NCBI GenBank assembly: GCA_976226885.1
Contig: OZ320314.1
Location: 37,386,001-37,450,000, forward strand
Origin: Iphione sp. A-MEVVRFRX5
Lineage: Eukaryota
Direction: 5' to 3'
DNA length: 64,000 nt
Both the position numbers and the translations under genes were made by a program. Position 1 is the stretch's first letter; each line of letters opens with the position of its first letter. The notes beneath the pieces were generated by a model. It saw only the letters and a list, made by a program, of their open reading frames with translations, was not told the origin of the DNA and ran no database searches. Shown here piece after piece: positions 50,420 to 62,431 of this stretch.

Positions 50420-51740
50420 TTGTTATGAATTGGGACCCTACGAGGGTAAGTCTTTTTATGTTTGTGGGTGGTGTTAGGTCAAACCCTCCACCATGTAGGT
50501 CTTTCCTTTTTATGCGGTTATCCTTTAAATCATCCTCCATGATGCCTGAGATTTCCTCGACTTCATGAACATAAAAATTGTTCAACGATGAGGCAAAGCT
50601 CATCCAATGTAAAGACTTCCACTGTGCCAGGTCCGGCAGCTTCTCCAGGGCTGCATCCCTGTGCAATGCCTCATTTAGACATGCCCAAGTTCGCTTGCTG
50701 TCACCTCTCGTGTCACTCACTTTCTCCTCCCAGTGCATCTTCTTGCTGTTTCATAAGGCTTGTTTGGCCATTTTATTCCAAAACTGGAATATCCTGTGAC
50801 TGTCCTGTTTTCTCAGATTTCCATTTCCAGTAGAAGTATTTTCTCTCTTCTAGTACTTCTTTAACTTTGGTGGGTGGTACAAAGCCACTGCTTTCACCCT
50901 TATGGTATGTGAAGGACACCTCTCTGTCAGTTCAGCATGTAGACCATGGACAAAACAATCCCACACGGTCTCATGATCAATGTCCATGCTTATATGTGTG
51001 CATCAGAGCTCATCGTGTAGGCTGCTGATGTCTACTTTGCTCCAGTTATGGAAGGTCCTCTCCTGTCTTGTATATTGCAGCTTTCCTTTCTTCATGACCA
51101 CCTCGGTTGCAAGATGGTCACTCATGAACCATTCACACACCTTGCCCACACAGTTGCCCAGAAAATAGACTCAAACATGGTCAAGGCAGTGTTGATTGCT
51201 GTGCATAGTCAGCTCATCCATCAGCTGGATGTATCCCTTGCCTGAGATGAGCTTTGCTATTCCAGTCCCAGCCTTCCCTGTCGAGGCCAAGTCATAGTTG
51301 AAGTCATCTAGGATAACCCTACGGCAGCGGCCTGATTTTCCTAGGCACTTCATAGCCCCATCAATAGCAATTATGCTATCCTTAACCGGTATGTTTGGCA
51401 GGTGGTATATTCCTAGCATCTCGATGGGTCTATAATTGCCAACCTTCAATCTGAGGGCTAGCATATCACAGCCCAATCTGTCCTCTGGTAGCTCATTTAC
51501 CTTTAGAAGCTTCACATCTTCTTTGTAATAGATGGCTACCCCTCCTCCTCTCTTTCCTCTGTCTTTCCTCTCCACGCGGTAACCTGGAATATGAACTTCT
51601 CGATCATTGTGACTCACGCCAAGCTAGGTTTCAGTGATACACACCATGTCCACACCCTCAGTGTGGAGGTGGTCAGCTAGCTGCCAGGTCTTTTTGGCTA
51701 GGCTACAAATATTGTAGCCCACTACTGTAAGCACCATTAT
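50420..51740 (-). mobile_element. Decayed CR1/L2-clade LINE ORF2, 5' part: APE endonuclease plus linker
   Basis: VVGYNICSLAKK...DMVCITET*LG...IPGYRVERKDRGKRGGGVAIY...ILDDFNYD...CLDHV...SDH, then GDSKRTWACLNEAL and SFASSLNNFY linker motifs. In-frame TAG and frameshifts present. Confidence 0.92.
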
Positions 51741-52089
51741 GAGCAGCAGATTCCAAGTTGTGCCGATGTAGTAGTCAATGTAAGTTAACTGCTAAAGATT
51801 TTGTTCACTCTTTATTATAGTTAAAGTTAATGTTCTTGCTTGCTTCATATTAATGTATTTTATTATCATTTCCAGTATCATTAAAACCATTACTCATCTC
51901 TGTGGAATCTGTTTTGGGACTAACTTCATAGGGGATGGTGACATGGCCTGTACCACATCTTTGTGGTCATTTCTTCAGCCATGGCAGGTTTGGAAGCATC
52001 TGTTACTATTAATAGGATCAAAGCTGAAAAATGTCTCTGAATAAACTGTATTTGAAATACCTGAGTTTTACTTGTCTTTATTCTTTTCT

Positions 52090-52385
52090 TATTATGACAA
52101 GGATAAAGTACTTACTTAGACAAGTTTATGACAACCTATTAGTCATAAACTTTCAGTGACAATGCTAAACTTGTACATTGTATGACCGTCAATATAACAA
52201 TGCAAAACTTGTCACTAGAGACAACTTTATGACTAGTTTAGTTTATCATTATGACAATTCTACAGTAGTCACATCATCAAGTTTATGACAATCACCCTTG
52301 TCATAAACTTTGACTGACAATGCTAAACTTGTACATTGTATGACCGTCAACAGGACAAGCCAAAACTTGTTACTAGAGACAAGTC
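52090..52385. repeat. Tandem array with a 158-bp period built of GACAAGTTT/AAACTTGTC-type subunits
   Basis: GTCATAAACTTT..TGACAATGCTAAACTTGTACATTGTATGACCGTCAA...AAAACTTGT.ACTAGAGACAA starts at both 52142 and 52300. Confidence 0.85.
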
Positions 52386-54419
52386 CATTACAACTTTATT
52401 TTTTCAGTGAAGCATGGTGCTTCTGGAGATTTCCCATCTTGAATCGACTAAATCAAAAACGGGGGCTATCGTGGGGTATCTGCCGTTGTAGCTGGTATCA
52501 GTTTGGCGTTGTATCAGCTGCGTGTCTTGCAATGATCAGGCCTTCACGTCTTATCACCTTCTGAAAGTATTAACACTTACATCGGCGTCACCGAGTCATA
52601 TTAACGGTATCCCAGTTGTAAATGGGTTTTTTCTCGGTAGCAATTCATACAGAGGTAAAGGCTTGTTCGGGGGGGGGGTCGTGTCTGTTCGATAACACTT
52701 TGCTACTGGCGATCTCGTAGGAGTTATTTCACGCACTTCAGTCCTTATGACTGTCTCCTGTTGTTGCGTACAGTTGACCTGGGCAAAACCAGGTGGGAAA
52801 ACGGGACGTGTTGAGGAGAAAGTGGCTAATAGCTTACACGCCAGCATGGGGCCTTTGTTATCTCCCCCAAGCGATAACAGCCATCTTTACATGCACGCCG
52901 CAGCAAATGGTACTCAGTTCGTTTAGAATTCCCGTTGCTCTGTGGTGGCCAGCTGTGATACACGTAACATGTGGCTGAGCTAGGATGACCTCAAACGGCC
53001 ACCGCAAGTTGCAAGCGATCTAAGTCTAATTGAAACAATTTAAATTACAACTTGACTTCTTGGATGGGATGTTTCTGATGAACAATGACTTTAATTAAGA
53101 ATTTACATATGCCAAAGCCTTAGGCTTAATTTCCTTTTACAATAGTTTCCATGTAGTGAGTTTTAGCTCCATACAGGACCATGAAAAGGATACACCTCGA
53201 TAATCCCTGGAACCACTGAAACACCATCCATGTAGCATGCCTGCTGTATACAAGTCTGTTCATAAGTATAGGTTAGAAAAAACAGGGAGGAGCACAGAGG
53301 ATGAAGCATGGCAAAATATGACAGTTCCAAATTCTAAACATGGTGACATGGGTGTGAGAACACGCTACACTCTACGCGGATACATGGATACGCTGCTCCT
53401 GTTATCATGTATTTCCAAATTTCATGGTGAAAACACAGCCACATGCTACACGGGTACATCCATGAGTACAAGGAAATTAAGCCCTACGACATTATGTAGA
53501 CTGTTAATAATTATAATTCACTGCCTTGGCAGTTCAAAACAAATCGTTCCAGCTAAGAGAATTCTCCTAGGTTAAATAATCCGGTTTAATACGGGAGACT
53601 AGATTGTCTAGATTCAACGATCACTACAAATCGATGGGTAGTCTGCAACCATTGGATTGATGATGTAATGGGTTTTTGACACACGTCTTTTTGTTTACGA
53701 ACAAAGACGTGAAAAGAAGGTCACTTGCATGAAACAGTCAAACATGTCTTTTCCATGTACCACCAAAATGAATCCCCTGCCCTTTTTCCTAAGCAGTTCA
53801 AAATAACGCATGTTACTGATGCCTTTGGACTTCCACGTCCACGTGTCTGTCTCAGGGAAAGGACGAGATATTGGTGGCTGAAGATAACGTTGTTTTTTTT
53901 ATCAGCGATAGTCAATGACCTGCTATCTGTAGTGTCAGCTGCTATCTTTGACTGAAACATGATATCTCTGCAGTACAGAAAGGAACTTTCCTGTTCAAGA
54001 ATGGATCGCTGCTGCTGCCGCTGCTAAACCGATAAACCTAAGGAGCCCATAGTGCCGAGATAGCAGGCCCCAGCAGTCATTCCCCAGCACCTGGACCATA
54101 TATTATAGTTGTTATCGCTGTAGTATTAATGGTGCCGAGAAAGGAATATTAGACAAAGGAGAGGCAGAGGATATGCTGAAAATGATAGCTAAAATTAAGT
54201 GGGAGAAATTTTTCATCTATTTCAGAAGATTGCATTACAGAAGATTGTACATTGTACAGAAGATTGACTTTATGCAGCAACAGGTAATAAGTGGATAGTG
54301 AACTTGAAAGATTCAAGGACAAGTTCATAAAGAGCCCAAATAATGTTGCTATTTGCATTGACAATTTTACAAAAAGAAATGCCTAGGTCCAATACTATAA
54401 CGTTACATGCCTAACTTAC

Positions 54420-54800
54420 GTCCTCGGTACATAACTTTAGACAAAATTGTCTTTTTCCTCTTTCCCTACCATTCTCCCCTTCGTCCGCTTTACTTCTCTC
54501 TTTGTTTTCTCCATCTTTACCTCGTCTCCCTCCCCTCTTTCCTCCTATACCTCTTCCCTTATTTGCCTCTCTTCTCCCTTCCTTCCTTCCCCTCACTTTT
54601 CCTTCTTTTGTTCCTATCTCTTATCTGTCTGTTCTCTTCCTCATTTTCCCAGTCCCTTTTCTCTCTTCCTCATTTTATTCAGCTAACTTCTTGTTCTTCT
54701 TCCCTTCTCCCTCTCCTTGATTCATTTTCCATACTCTTTTGTTAGCTCCCCCCCCTACTCCCCGATCTCCCTCTCAACCATAATCTGCCATTCCTTTCTT
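54420..54800. repeat. Long polypyrimidine (CT-rich) low-complexity tract
   Basis: Read directly from the sequence. It accounts for several spurious F/S/L/P-rich ORFs. Confidence 0.9.
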
Positions 54801-55527
54801 TCTACTTAACTCCAAGTTGTAATCAAATACTTGGCATAACCCACCTGTAGGTCTGCGTGGTGTGGTGGGAAGTTGTTTGCACCCAGTTGCTACAAAAAGG
54901 ATTGGTGCACACTCAACCATTGCATACTGGCTGAAGGACGCAGGATCTAACGATAGATTCTTACTTTTAGTGCAGCAGCGAGAGTGGTTAAACTACTACA
55001 CCTTTATTGCTCCTTACTATGTATATAGATGTAGGTGACAAGTGATGTTTCGGTGTATTTTAATAGTATTTAATGTTCTTCTTAACAGAGTCGTCAGGCA
55101 TCCAGCATCTTGTTTTTTGCAAAGCCAACAACGTTGCGCCTGATAAATCATGTTCTAACATGGCTGGGGCTGGATCGCCTATTGCTTAATATTGTAGGAG
55201 GGATGCATTGGTCTGATGCGACTATGCATTGGAATATTTTTTCTTAAACAGAGCCCATGAAATGTTCCACTGACCAAACCACAGTGAGAACAATTGTGAA
55301 CACGGGACTAAACATGGCTTGAGTGTTAGAACTTGCATTCACATCTTGAAGGGACATTCAATCGTTAGTATACGTGATACATATTATTTATGTTTTCCTC
55401 ATAGAATCAAATAAAATTAAAGATGGCGGCCATGCTTGAAGAAGCCATAAACATGCCATGTTCTTGTATGATTCTAGCGGATTGTAATGGCAGACTAAAA
55501 GCTACATAGGGCCAATTGTTTCCACAG

Positions 55528-55623
55528 GTGCGACGAAAACATGTACGCTGCATCGGTTGGCGTATTGTGCTCTCTGTAACAGTAGAACTGGAACCTTTAA
55601 GAACAGAAAAATTACAACATGAG
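55528..55623 (+). CDS. Candidate symmetric 96-nt exon (VRRKHVRCIGWRIVLSVTVELEPLRTEKLQHE)
   Basis: Acceptor ttgtttccacag| and donor GAG|gtatgg. A YY1-like AAGATGGCGGCC lies ~100 bp upstream (55420). Confidence 0.3.
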
Positions 55624-57289
55624 GTATGGCCTCGAATGAGGAACTGTCCGTTGCACGTTTGTATCACAAATACAGAGGTAATAAATACACTGTGGAGCGA
55701 TCCATTTCTATACGGCTGGTGTTAGCTACCTTCAGCAGGCTCCTTTGTGTGGAAGATACCTCTGTTACCGAATGCTCTGAGAACGAAGCACCTTTGAAAT
55801 ACATTTGGAAATTTATAGGATTAAATGTCGCATTTTAGACATCACACAAATAGATTAAATAATAATAGCGTATGCCTCTGCTAACTTTGCTTCTGATCAC
55901 GAAGCCATTTAGTACTTACGAGGTACAATCTTAAAGGTTGCCGAAGTACCCATAATTCGCACCGGAGATCATCACATACGTGTGTGATTGGTGGATTTAA
56001 AGGTTTTTGACGGACATTTTATGTTCCATCATCAGGCGGAAGAATGCATCTGGCAGAACCCAGTCTAAAACGCAAATATTTTAAAACTATGCATACATTT
56101 TTGCCTACCCTCTATTTATTTGGTACTATTTCCCGTTTAACATATAAAGAATTGATGATAAGGGGTTGTTTCATGGACATGATGAATCTGGACAGGCGAA
56201 TAAGACCTGCTGCATGCATATGGGGCTCACGTGGAATGGGAAAATGCCTCGTAATATATTCGAGACCTATTTTGTAGCAAATTTGCTGATCTGAAGTCTT
56301 AATTTATAGACGGTACCACTGGCTTTGATCTTTTTTTTCACCAGTTTTCAGCCTAAATATCGATATTTCATTAGACGTGATGTCGATATTTCATGAGAAG
56401 TGACCACATATGTTTGTGATGTACAATATGAAGGTTAGATCACAAACAATATGGGTATTCCATAAGTGATTTTCTTTATTATAATATATACATTAAACTC
56501 GTGTAGGGGACTAAGTTCACGACTGGTCAGTTTAGTTTGCCCCATGTTTTGGTTCAGTTAAATTCTATATAGAGGGAAATCAATGATTAATTTGTAGAAT
56601 ACTCGGTGTCCCTCATGATTTCGTTTCCCCGGTAACCCGGTCTTCACTGTAAAAGGAAGCAAGACTATCAGTGGTTAGGAAGCGGTGCAAAATGGATAAT
56701 GTTACTTCTATTGTTGGCGTGACAAGTTTGGTTTCCTCTGTTCGATAACAGTGGAACAGTTCAGAGATGTATACTCGCATACTGACATTACTGGCCTTAG
56801 TTTAAAAAAATCCCCCATCATTGCGTTGTAGACAGCGGACAATTCCTTTTGAGCTTTGACCGGTGATCCCGTCGTTAATCCTGTTGGTAAACTAATCATG
56901 ATTGGATCGATTCAATCACATCTCCATCACTTCCTAGCTGAGCCTCTATTAATTACCACTTCAATACATATTACCCATCTCGGACCAACACATACATATT
57001 GCTCCTCTCTGGAAAATCAGAAACATATTTCCTATTTCTAGCTCTCATATATACATCTTTATGCAACGGCCTACCTGGTTTCATTAGATTTAAAGTGATT
57101 CAATCTGTATGCTGAATGCTACATTCAAAGAGGTCTTTTTTTAGGTTTCAGTGGCTTCGGACTCTGAATCGTTTTCTGGATGTACGACCCAGTATGAGTC
57201 AAACTGGAAATACCGATTGAAATACATTCGCACAAACCTAGACATTTTAAACTAAGATGTCATGCATTCCTGTGGTAACACCAGGCAAT

Positions 57290-57440
57290 GAATATAATAG
57301 GCTTAGGAGCTTTTTACGTCCATGTCTTCGCTGCTTGAGTCCACACAGTACACGGCAGCGAAAAATCTACCAATCGAGGGCGTCTGTTGAACTTTTTGAT
57401 CAAGGAAGAAGGTCTAGATCTCCTTTTATCCTAGGAAGTC
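57290..57440 (+). mobile_element. Short decayed APE-endonuclease (LINE) fragment
   Basis: GLGAFYVH...HGSEKSTNRGRLLNFLIKEEGLDLL resembles LGDFNAH...W.S...N.RG..L..FI...GL.LLN. Confidence 0.45.
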
Positions 57441-60400
57441 AATAGGGTCCACGTGCTCCCTTGGCTTTCTGGATACGAGGGAGAGTAAGGGGGATGAAGG
57501 TAGGATGATTGCGGAACTAGAGGGGAAGAGAGGGAGCAGGTGACGGGTGGTCGTGGTCCAATATTTCTAACAATTACTCTCACAGTGAAGTCCTATCCAG
57601 GGAGACAGTTGATCGATCAGCTGGCCAGAATCTCCAGTGCGTACTAGGCTTTGAGATGGCTTTTAAAGAGCTCTTTGACGATTGAGTTGATTTTCCCGTA
57701 CTGCTCTCCCTTGGTTGGTTCATTACAGCGTAATGGGAGGCGGAGGGCGAGGACATTATAAAAGGATTTAATCATCTAGAGAAGCATAAAACACATTACT
57801 CGCCCCTAGTTGAATCACAAACGTTGACATACGTGTGTGGCGTTCTTAATTTACATCAGAAGGCATCGCTTTTGGTAAACAAATTCCCGGTTATTCTCTG
57901 GTAAAGAATTACACTAACCTCCGGATTCGTTGGACCAAAGGGAAATCATCGCTAGGCGAACTCGTTAGGCCCCTGTTACGGATTACAGTCTTGTCATCTT
58001 TTGAGTCAATTTGCAGCTTAAATGTTGAGATTGATACATGTACATTCAAAACGAATGGAGCCAATGATGTCTCGTTCAAATGTTTGTATCTGCACGGTTC
58101 ATATTTTGTAGATCCATCTGTAAGTTGGTTGATTGTTTTAATCATGGCAATAGGTATAAGCAGTCAACCTGCTGACTAGCTTAGAAGACAAAACTGTCAT
58201 GCCCCATTCTTCATGGCGGACCAAATAACCAGCCTGGTGGAAACGAGGGACATATAGTATATCATATTATGATCCCTTTTTAATTGCCTTTTTTAATAGG
58301 CGTTTTGTTTTTGCATACAATAGTTAACCTCTGAAATGAGGTTCTTCGAATCGTTCCTCTACAGTAGGATATGCAACAGCAACGCACTCTGTAAGCAACT
58401 CAACTCAGATTTATAATGCAGAACTGGCAGGTCCCTTCCTTAGTACTAGCAACTTACCCTAGGGTCATTTTTTCCTGTCCGACTGCTCTATAATATATAT
58501 GAAAAATACTGTTTCTATGTTTGTACATTCAGAAATTTCCAGAAATTAAATCCTCACTACCCTCTAAATGCATTTATGAATACACAACGAAACTCTCTTA
58601 TGTGACCACTGAAAGGACCATGGCTGCCAGTTCTGTACTTAATACAGGGTTGCCTTTATTGGTCGTTCTTTCTTATACGATTTATCGTCCTTGGACCAGC
58701 AGAATTGCCTTTAATTCTAGGTTGCCCTCCTAGCTGAGATGCTCCAGTGTGTGTTGCTACTGTACATATATATGTGTCTGAAAAAGACACAACAAGGAAT
58801 TAGGAAAAGGTACACATTTAATGCATCATAATATAATCACAATAAAAACAACAGGTAACACAGAGATAGGTAAAGTAAAAAATTCACTGTGTAGTGTTAT
58901 TAAGAACACTTTCAATGGAAACGTATACATATATTACTAGGATACCAAGAATACACTTGCTTGACGACATATATAAATCAGATACTTATATGGATATTTA
59001 TATATATGGCTTTCTCCGAATGACACCTCATAACGGCAGTTTGGGAAGTGACATAAATAAGCCTTTCATAAAGAAAAATGATAGGGAATGACGATTATAA
59101 GCAATTGAATAATACGTCATAGACGGTGGAATAGTTCAGCAAAATGGTTGCATAGCACAGTGAAAGAGTGTATATCATCACAATATATCTTGTAATAAAT
59201 ATCCTATTTACAAGAATATACATGCATGTATATGCAATAGCACCTTTATGGCTTTAAGCGTGAGCAGCGGGTGGTGCACTGGTCGAAGGCCAGGCTGTAA
59301 CTCTGTTACGGTGTGACTTTTATGACAGGCAGGGCCGTGCATCGCTGCGACAACCCCACATGGCCTCCTCTGCTTATCCGGGTTATGACTGATGGCGGGG
59401 GCCAGGAAGGAATGGTCCTCTTGTATTGTCATGGCTGCTCCTGCATGTGTATACGTAATAGGCTGGCAGACGGCGGCTATCGAGAGGGCCCCGGCGGCAG
59501 TAGAGCCATTATCAATCTGACTCAGACACCAATGAATCCTCCATCACTGGAGGAGCCGTAGATGAGCTGAATGGTAGGCGAAGGGTCGAGGTGGAGGTGA
59601 TAGCTGACGTGGGAGCGGGTAGCGGAAGTACTGGTGACGGGCAGCTTGTAGGCCATAGGTGCTCGAACGTCAGATGGGCTACAATAAGTGCATCGGGCCT
59701 GTTAGCATATGTTTGTGCATGGTGCGGATGGATGATTTTTGTAGAAGTAGTAGTTCTCAGATAGGTGCACGGGCCATATGGAATTAATCTTTTTTGATAG
59801 GACGAATAGCGATGGAGGTGTGCCAGTGCTAATGGTGATGGTGAGTGGTGGCCGTTGCGACAAGGTTGGTGTTCAATGGTGCACGTTTCCACACACGTGA
59901 GCGATGACTGGAAGCGGGGGAGAGGGAGGGATGTGGGGGTGCAATGTGCCATACCGTGATGACTGGTACCCCAGTGGTCGAGATAGCGTTGCCGTGGTAG
60001 TAGATTTTAGAATTTTGTATCGGAATATATGTCAAGGGTGGTGTTTATAAGGGTAATCATCTTGAGCTCATACAAAAGGTGTCAGTTGAAAGTGAATAAT
60101 GATGAGTGACTCGTGGTGAGTGTGAAATCTGAAACAGATCCGTGAAGGCGGAAGGTAAATTTCGTAATGTCATTTAAAGTCAGTTATTATATCAATCTGT
60201 GTTGAGGAAAGAAAGAAGAAAGGAAGAGGACATAAAAGAAATATATTCGTAAAAAATCAGCTCCATGTCTCACCCTGGTATACAGACCCAAAGCGTTTTG
60301 ATAAATTGCATTGCCGTGCCAAGACAGGTTGTTCTCCACTTGCGCTTTTCAGATGGCATGTTTACCTTGGTGCTAAATCAACGGGAGTAAATATCCCCAT

Positions 60401-61410
60401 AAATTAGGCTCCCCTTCACTCCCTACTCTGCGTTTTGGAGATCGGGAGCCTGCAGGCACACGTAGGTAGAAAGACCAGTCTGGAGTTTGTCGTCTTTGGT
60501 TTATGACCACGGTCTAAATGGAAAACTGAAGGGCAGCAGTCAACGCATTTGGTGGCAGAACGCGCACCCGCCACCCTACTCGACTATTCCTGGGCGATTC
60601 TTCTGCAATGGTCCATGTGTATTTCCAACTGCAATCGATTGCTTTCCCTCTTGTAATCTAGTACATTTCTTTTAGCAATCGATTCCCTCATGTACCTTTC
60701 TCTATTTCCAAACCTTCCATTTTTTCTAGATGTAGCTGTCATACTTCATTTCTAGGTGCTTTTATCTAGATCCCGTCTGGATATTTTCGTACCTTCTTCT
60801 GCCCTGTCATCATCGTATTTGTAATCGTGTATTTGCTATGCTAAATCCTTTAATCTGGTTGTACATCCTGTACACCCTACAATTCATTTCTCCCCGTACC
60901 TTCTACTCCTTTATACTCTCTTGATGGTGCAGGGTATCTTCCTGAACTTCAAATCCGTACTTCTATTTGTTTAATGTCGATTCTTGCTTCTCCTCAGGCA
61001 GAAAGTCCCAGCTTCCTGTAACAGGAGAAGGTCCTTTATCATCCAGCGTCCCGAGTCCTTTGACAAAAGCCAGCCAGAGCTAAGCCTGCCAACACATCGG
61101 AAGCACATTTTATGCCATTTTAAAGTAGCAAACATCCAGTTTTATACAGCTAACTTCCGAACGGGTAAATTGTAAAGAGACCTTCATATTAAAAATGTAT
61201 TACATCATGTAATTACGTTAGGCAAGACCTGTGAATTCATATCTTTATGGTGTCTTTGTTTAAATTGTACTATCCTAACAATTTTCGCTCAAAGATTTCC
61301 ATCTGTCGCGAAGAATGCACCCCTTTATATCTGACCAAAGACATTTGGTTCCTACGGTGATTTTATCCCCACTCTTCACGAAACCTTCCACGTACGTCTC
61401 TTCCTACCAG

Positions 61411-61462
61411 CCAATCGCCGGCTCCTTGTGGGGTCATGTGATGTCCCAACGGTCATGTGACC
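61411..61462. promoter_or_regulatory. CCAAT box followed by two GTCATGTGA (CLEAR/M-box/USF-type) E-boxes
   Basis: AGCCAATC 61409, GGTCATGTGAT 61432 and GGTCATGTGACC 61451, in CpG-rich context. Confidence 0.45.
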
Positions 61463-62286
61463 TGAAGAGACGACGGCACAAATCCGGTTAGTAATGTCAG
61501 CATCTCGTTCACGGCCGGCATCGACATTTATGGCCGGCGAAGTAAAGATTAGCGCTCCGAGCAAGAATTCTCCAGGAATCCTTTATTTTCTGAATGATTT
61601 CAGAGACATATTCTTTGCGTTAATGATACTTTTACTTCAATCTCACCCACTTTAGTGGTGGAAAGTGAACGGTCACTTTAGCTGTACAGGGCATAGCTGT
61701 AAATTTTATAACCGACGGCCCTCTCTTCATTTCTACGCTATGCAACTTGCGGTGCTATAGACTAATGTTCATGTTCCCTGTACAAATTATGAAGTGGCCT
61801 ATCTCAATTGCCACCTGAAAAACATCTTAAGAAACGTAGTAGAATAGCACAGCATAGCAGATGGCGAGAGCAGGGGCGCCAAAACATCCTATGGGATATG
61901 CCATCAACAACACGATAGCTCGCTAGCGCAGAAAAGTACAGAATTTTCACAAGGACGAAGCCAGAACGGTCGATGGTGCTTGATGGCAGAATTGGTCGGT
62001 GTTTATAAATATAGTCACCTGCTTGTCTTTACATGCGTTTGCCTGTTTATACGCACCACTGTGGATATGTTTGCTGCGAACATGTGGTGTTGTTACAAAA
62101 GCACCACTGTCCAGAAAAAAATATAGATATAGTATGAGTAGGGAAAAGAACGACGAACAATGATGGATGGACAGAGAGACAGAAAGGTGGACAAGAGAAG
62201 GTTAAGAAGAAAAAGACAAAGAAATTAGGATGGAAGAGATAACAAAGTGCGATGGCGATTGAAGAGAAAGGTATATAGAAAGAGAA

Positions 62287-62431
62287 ATGAAGGATTCGAA
62301 GAGAGAAGCTCATACCACCTACTTCTTGTATTCGCACCTCGGCAAAGGGCCTCAGGTGAAGATCCCGAGGAGGATCAGGTGTCTCGGCACCTTTCCCTCC
62401 AATACGTCGCACCTGCAGGGCACACCAACAG
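62287..62431 (+). CDS. Possible exon ending at a strong donor (MKDSKREAHTTYFLYSHLGKGPQVKIPRRIRCLGTFPSNTSHLQGTPT)
   Basis: Donor ACAG|gtgagt at 62432. Two frames are open and the acceptor is unclear. Confidence 0.2.

Noticed and set aside
52590-52930. Long plus-strand frame (SHINGIPVVNGFFLGSNSYRGKGLFGGG...) with one stop
   Set aside because: No recognisable domain or splice context.
56010-56040. Minus-strand CCTGATGATGGAAC...GTCCGTCAAAA resembling a PLE hammerhead
   Set aside because: The GAAA box is absent, so it is too degenerate to call.
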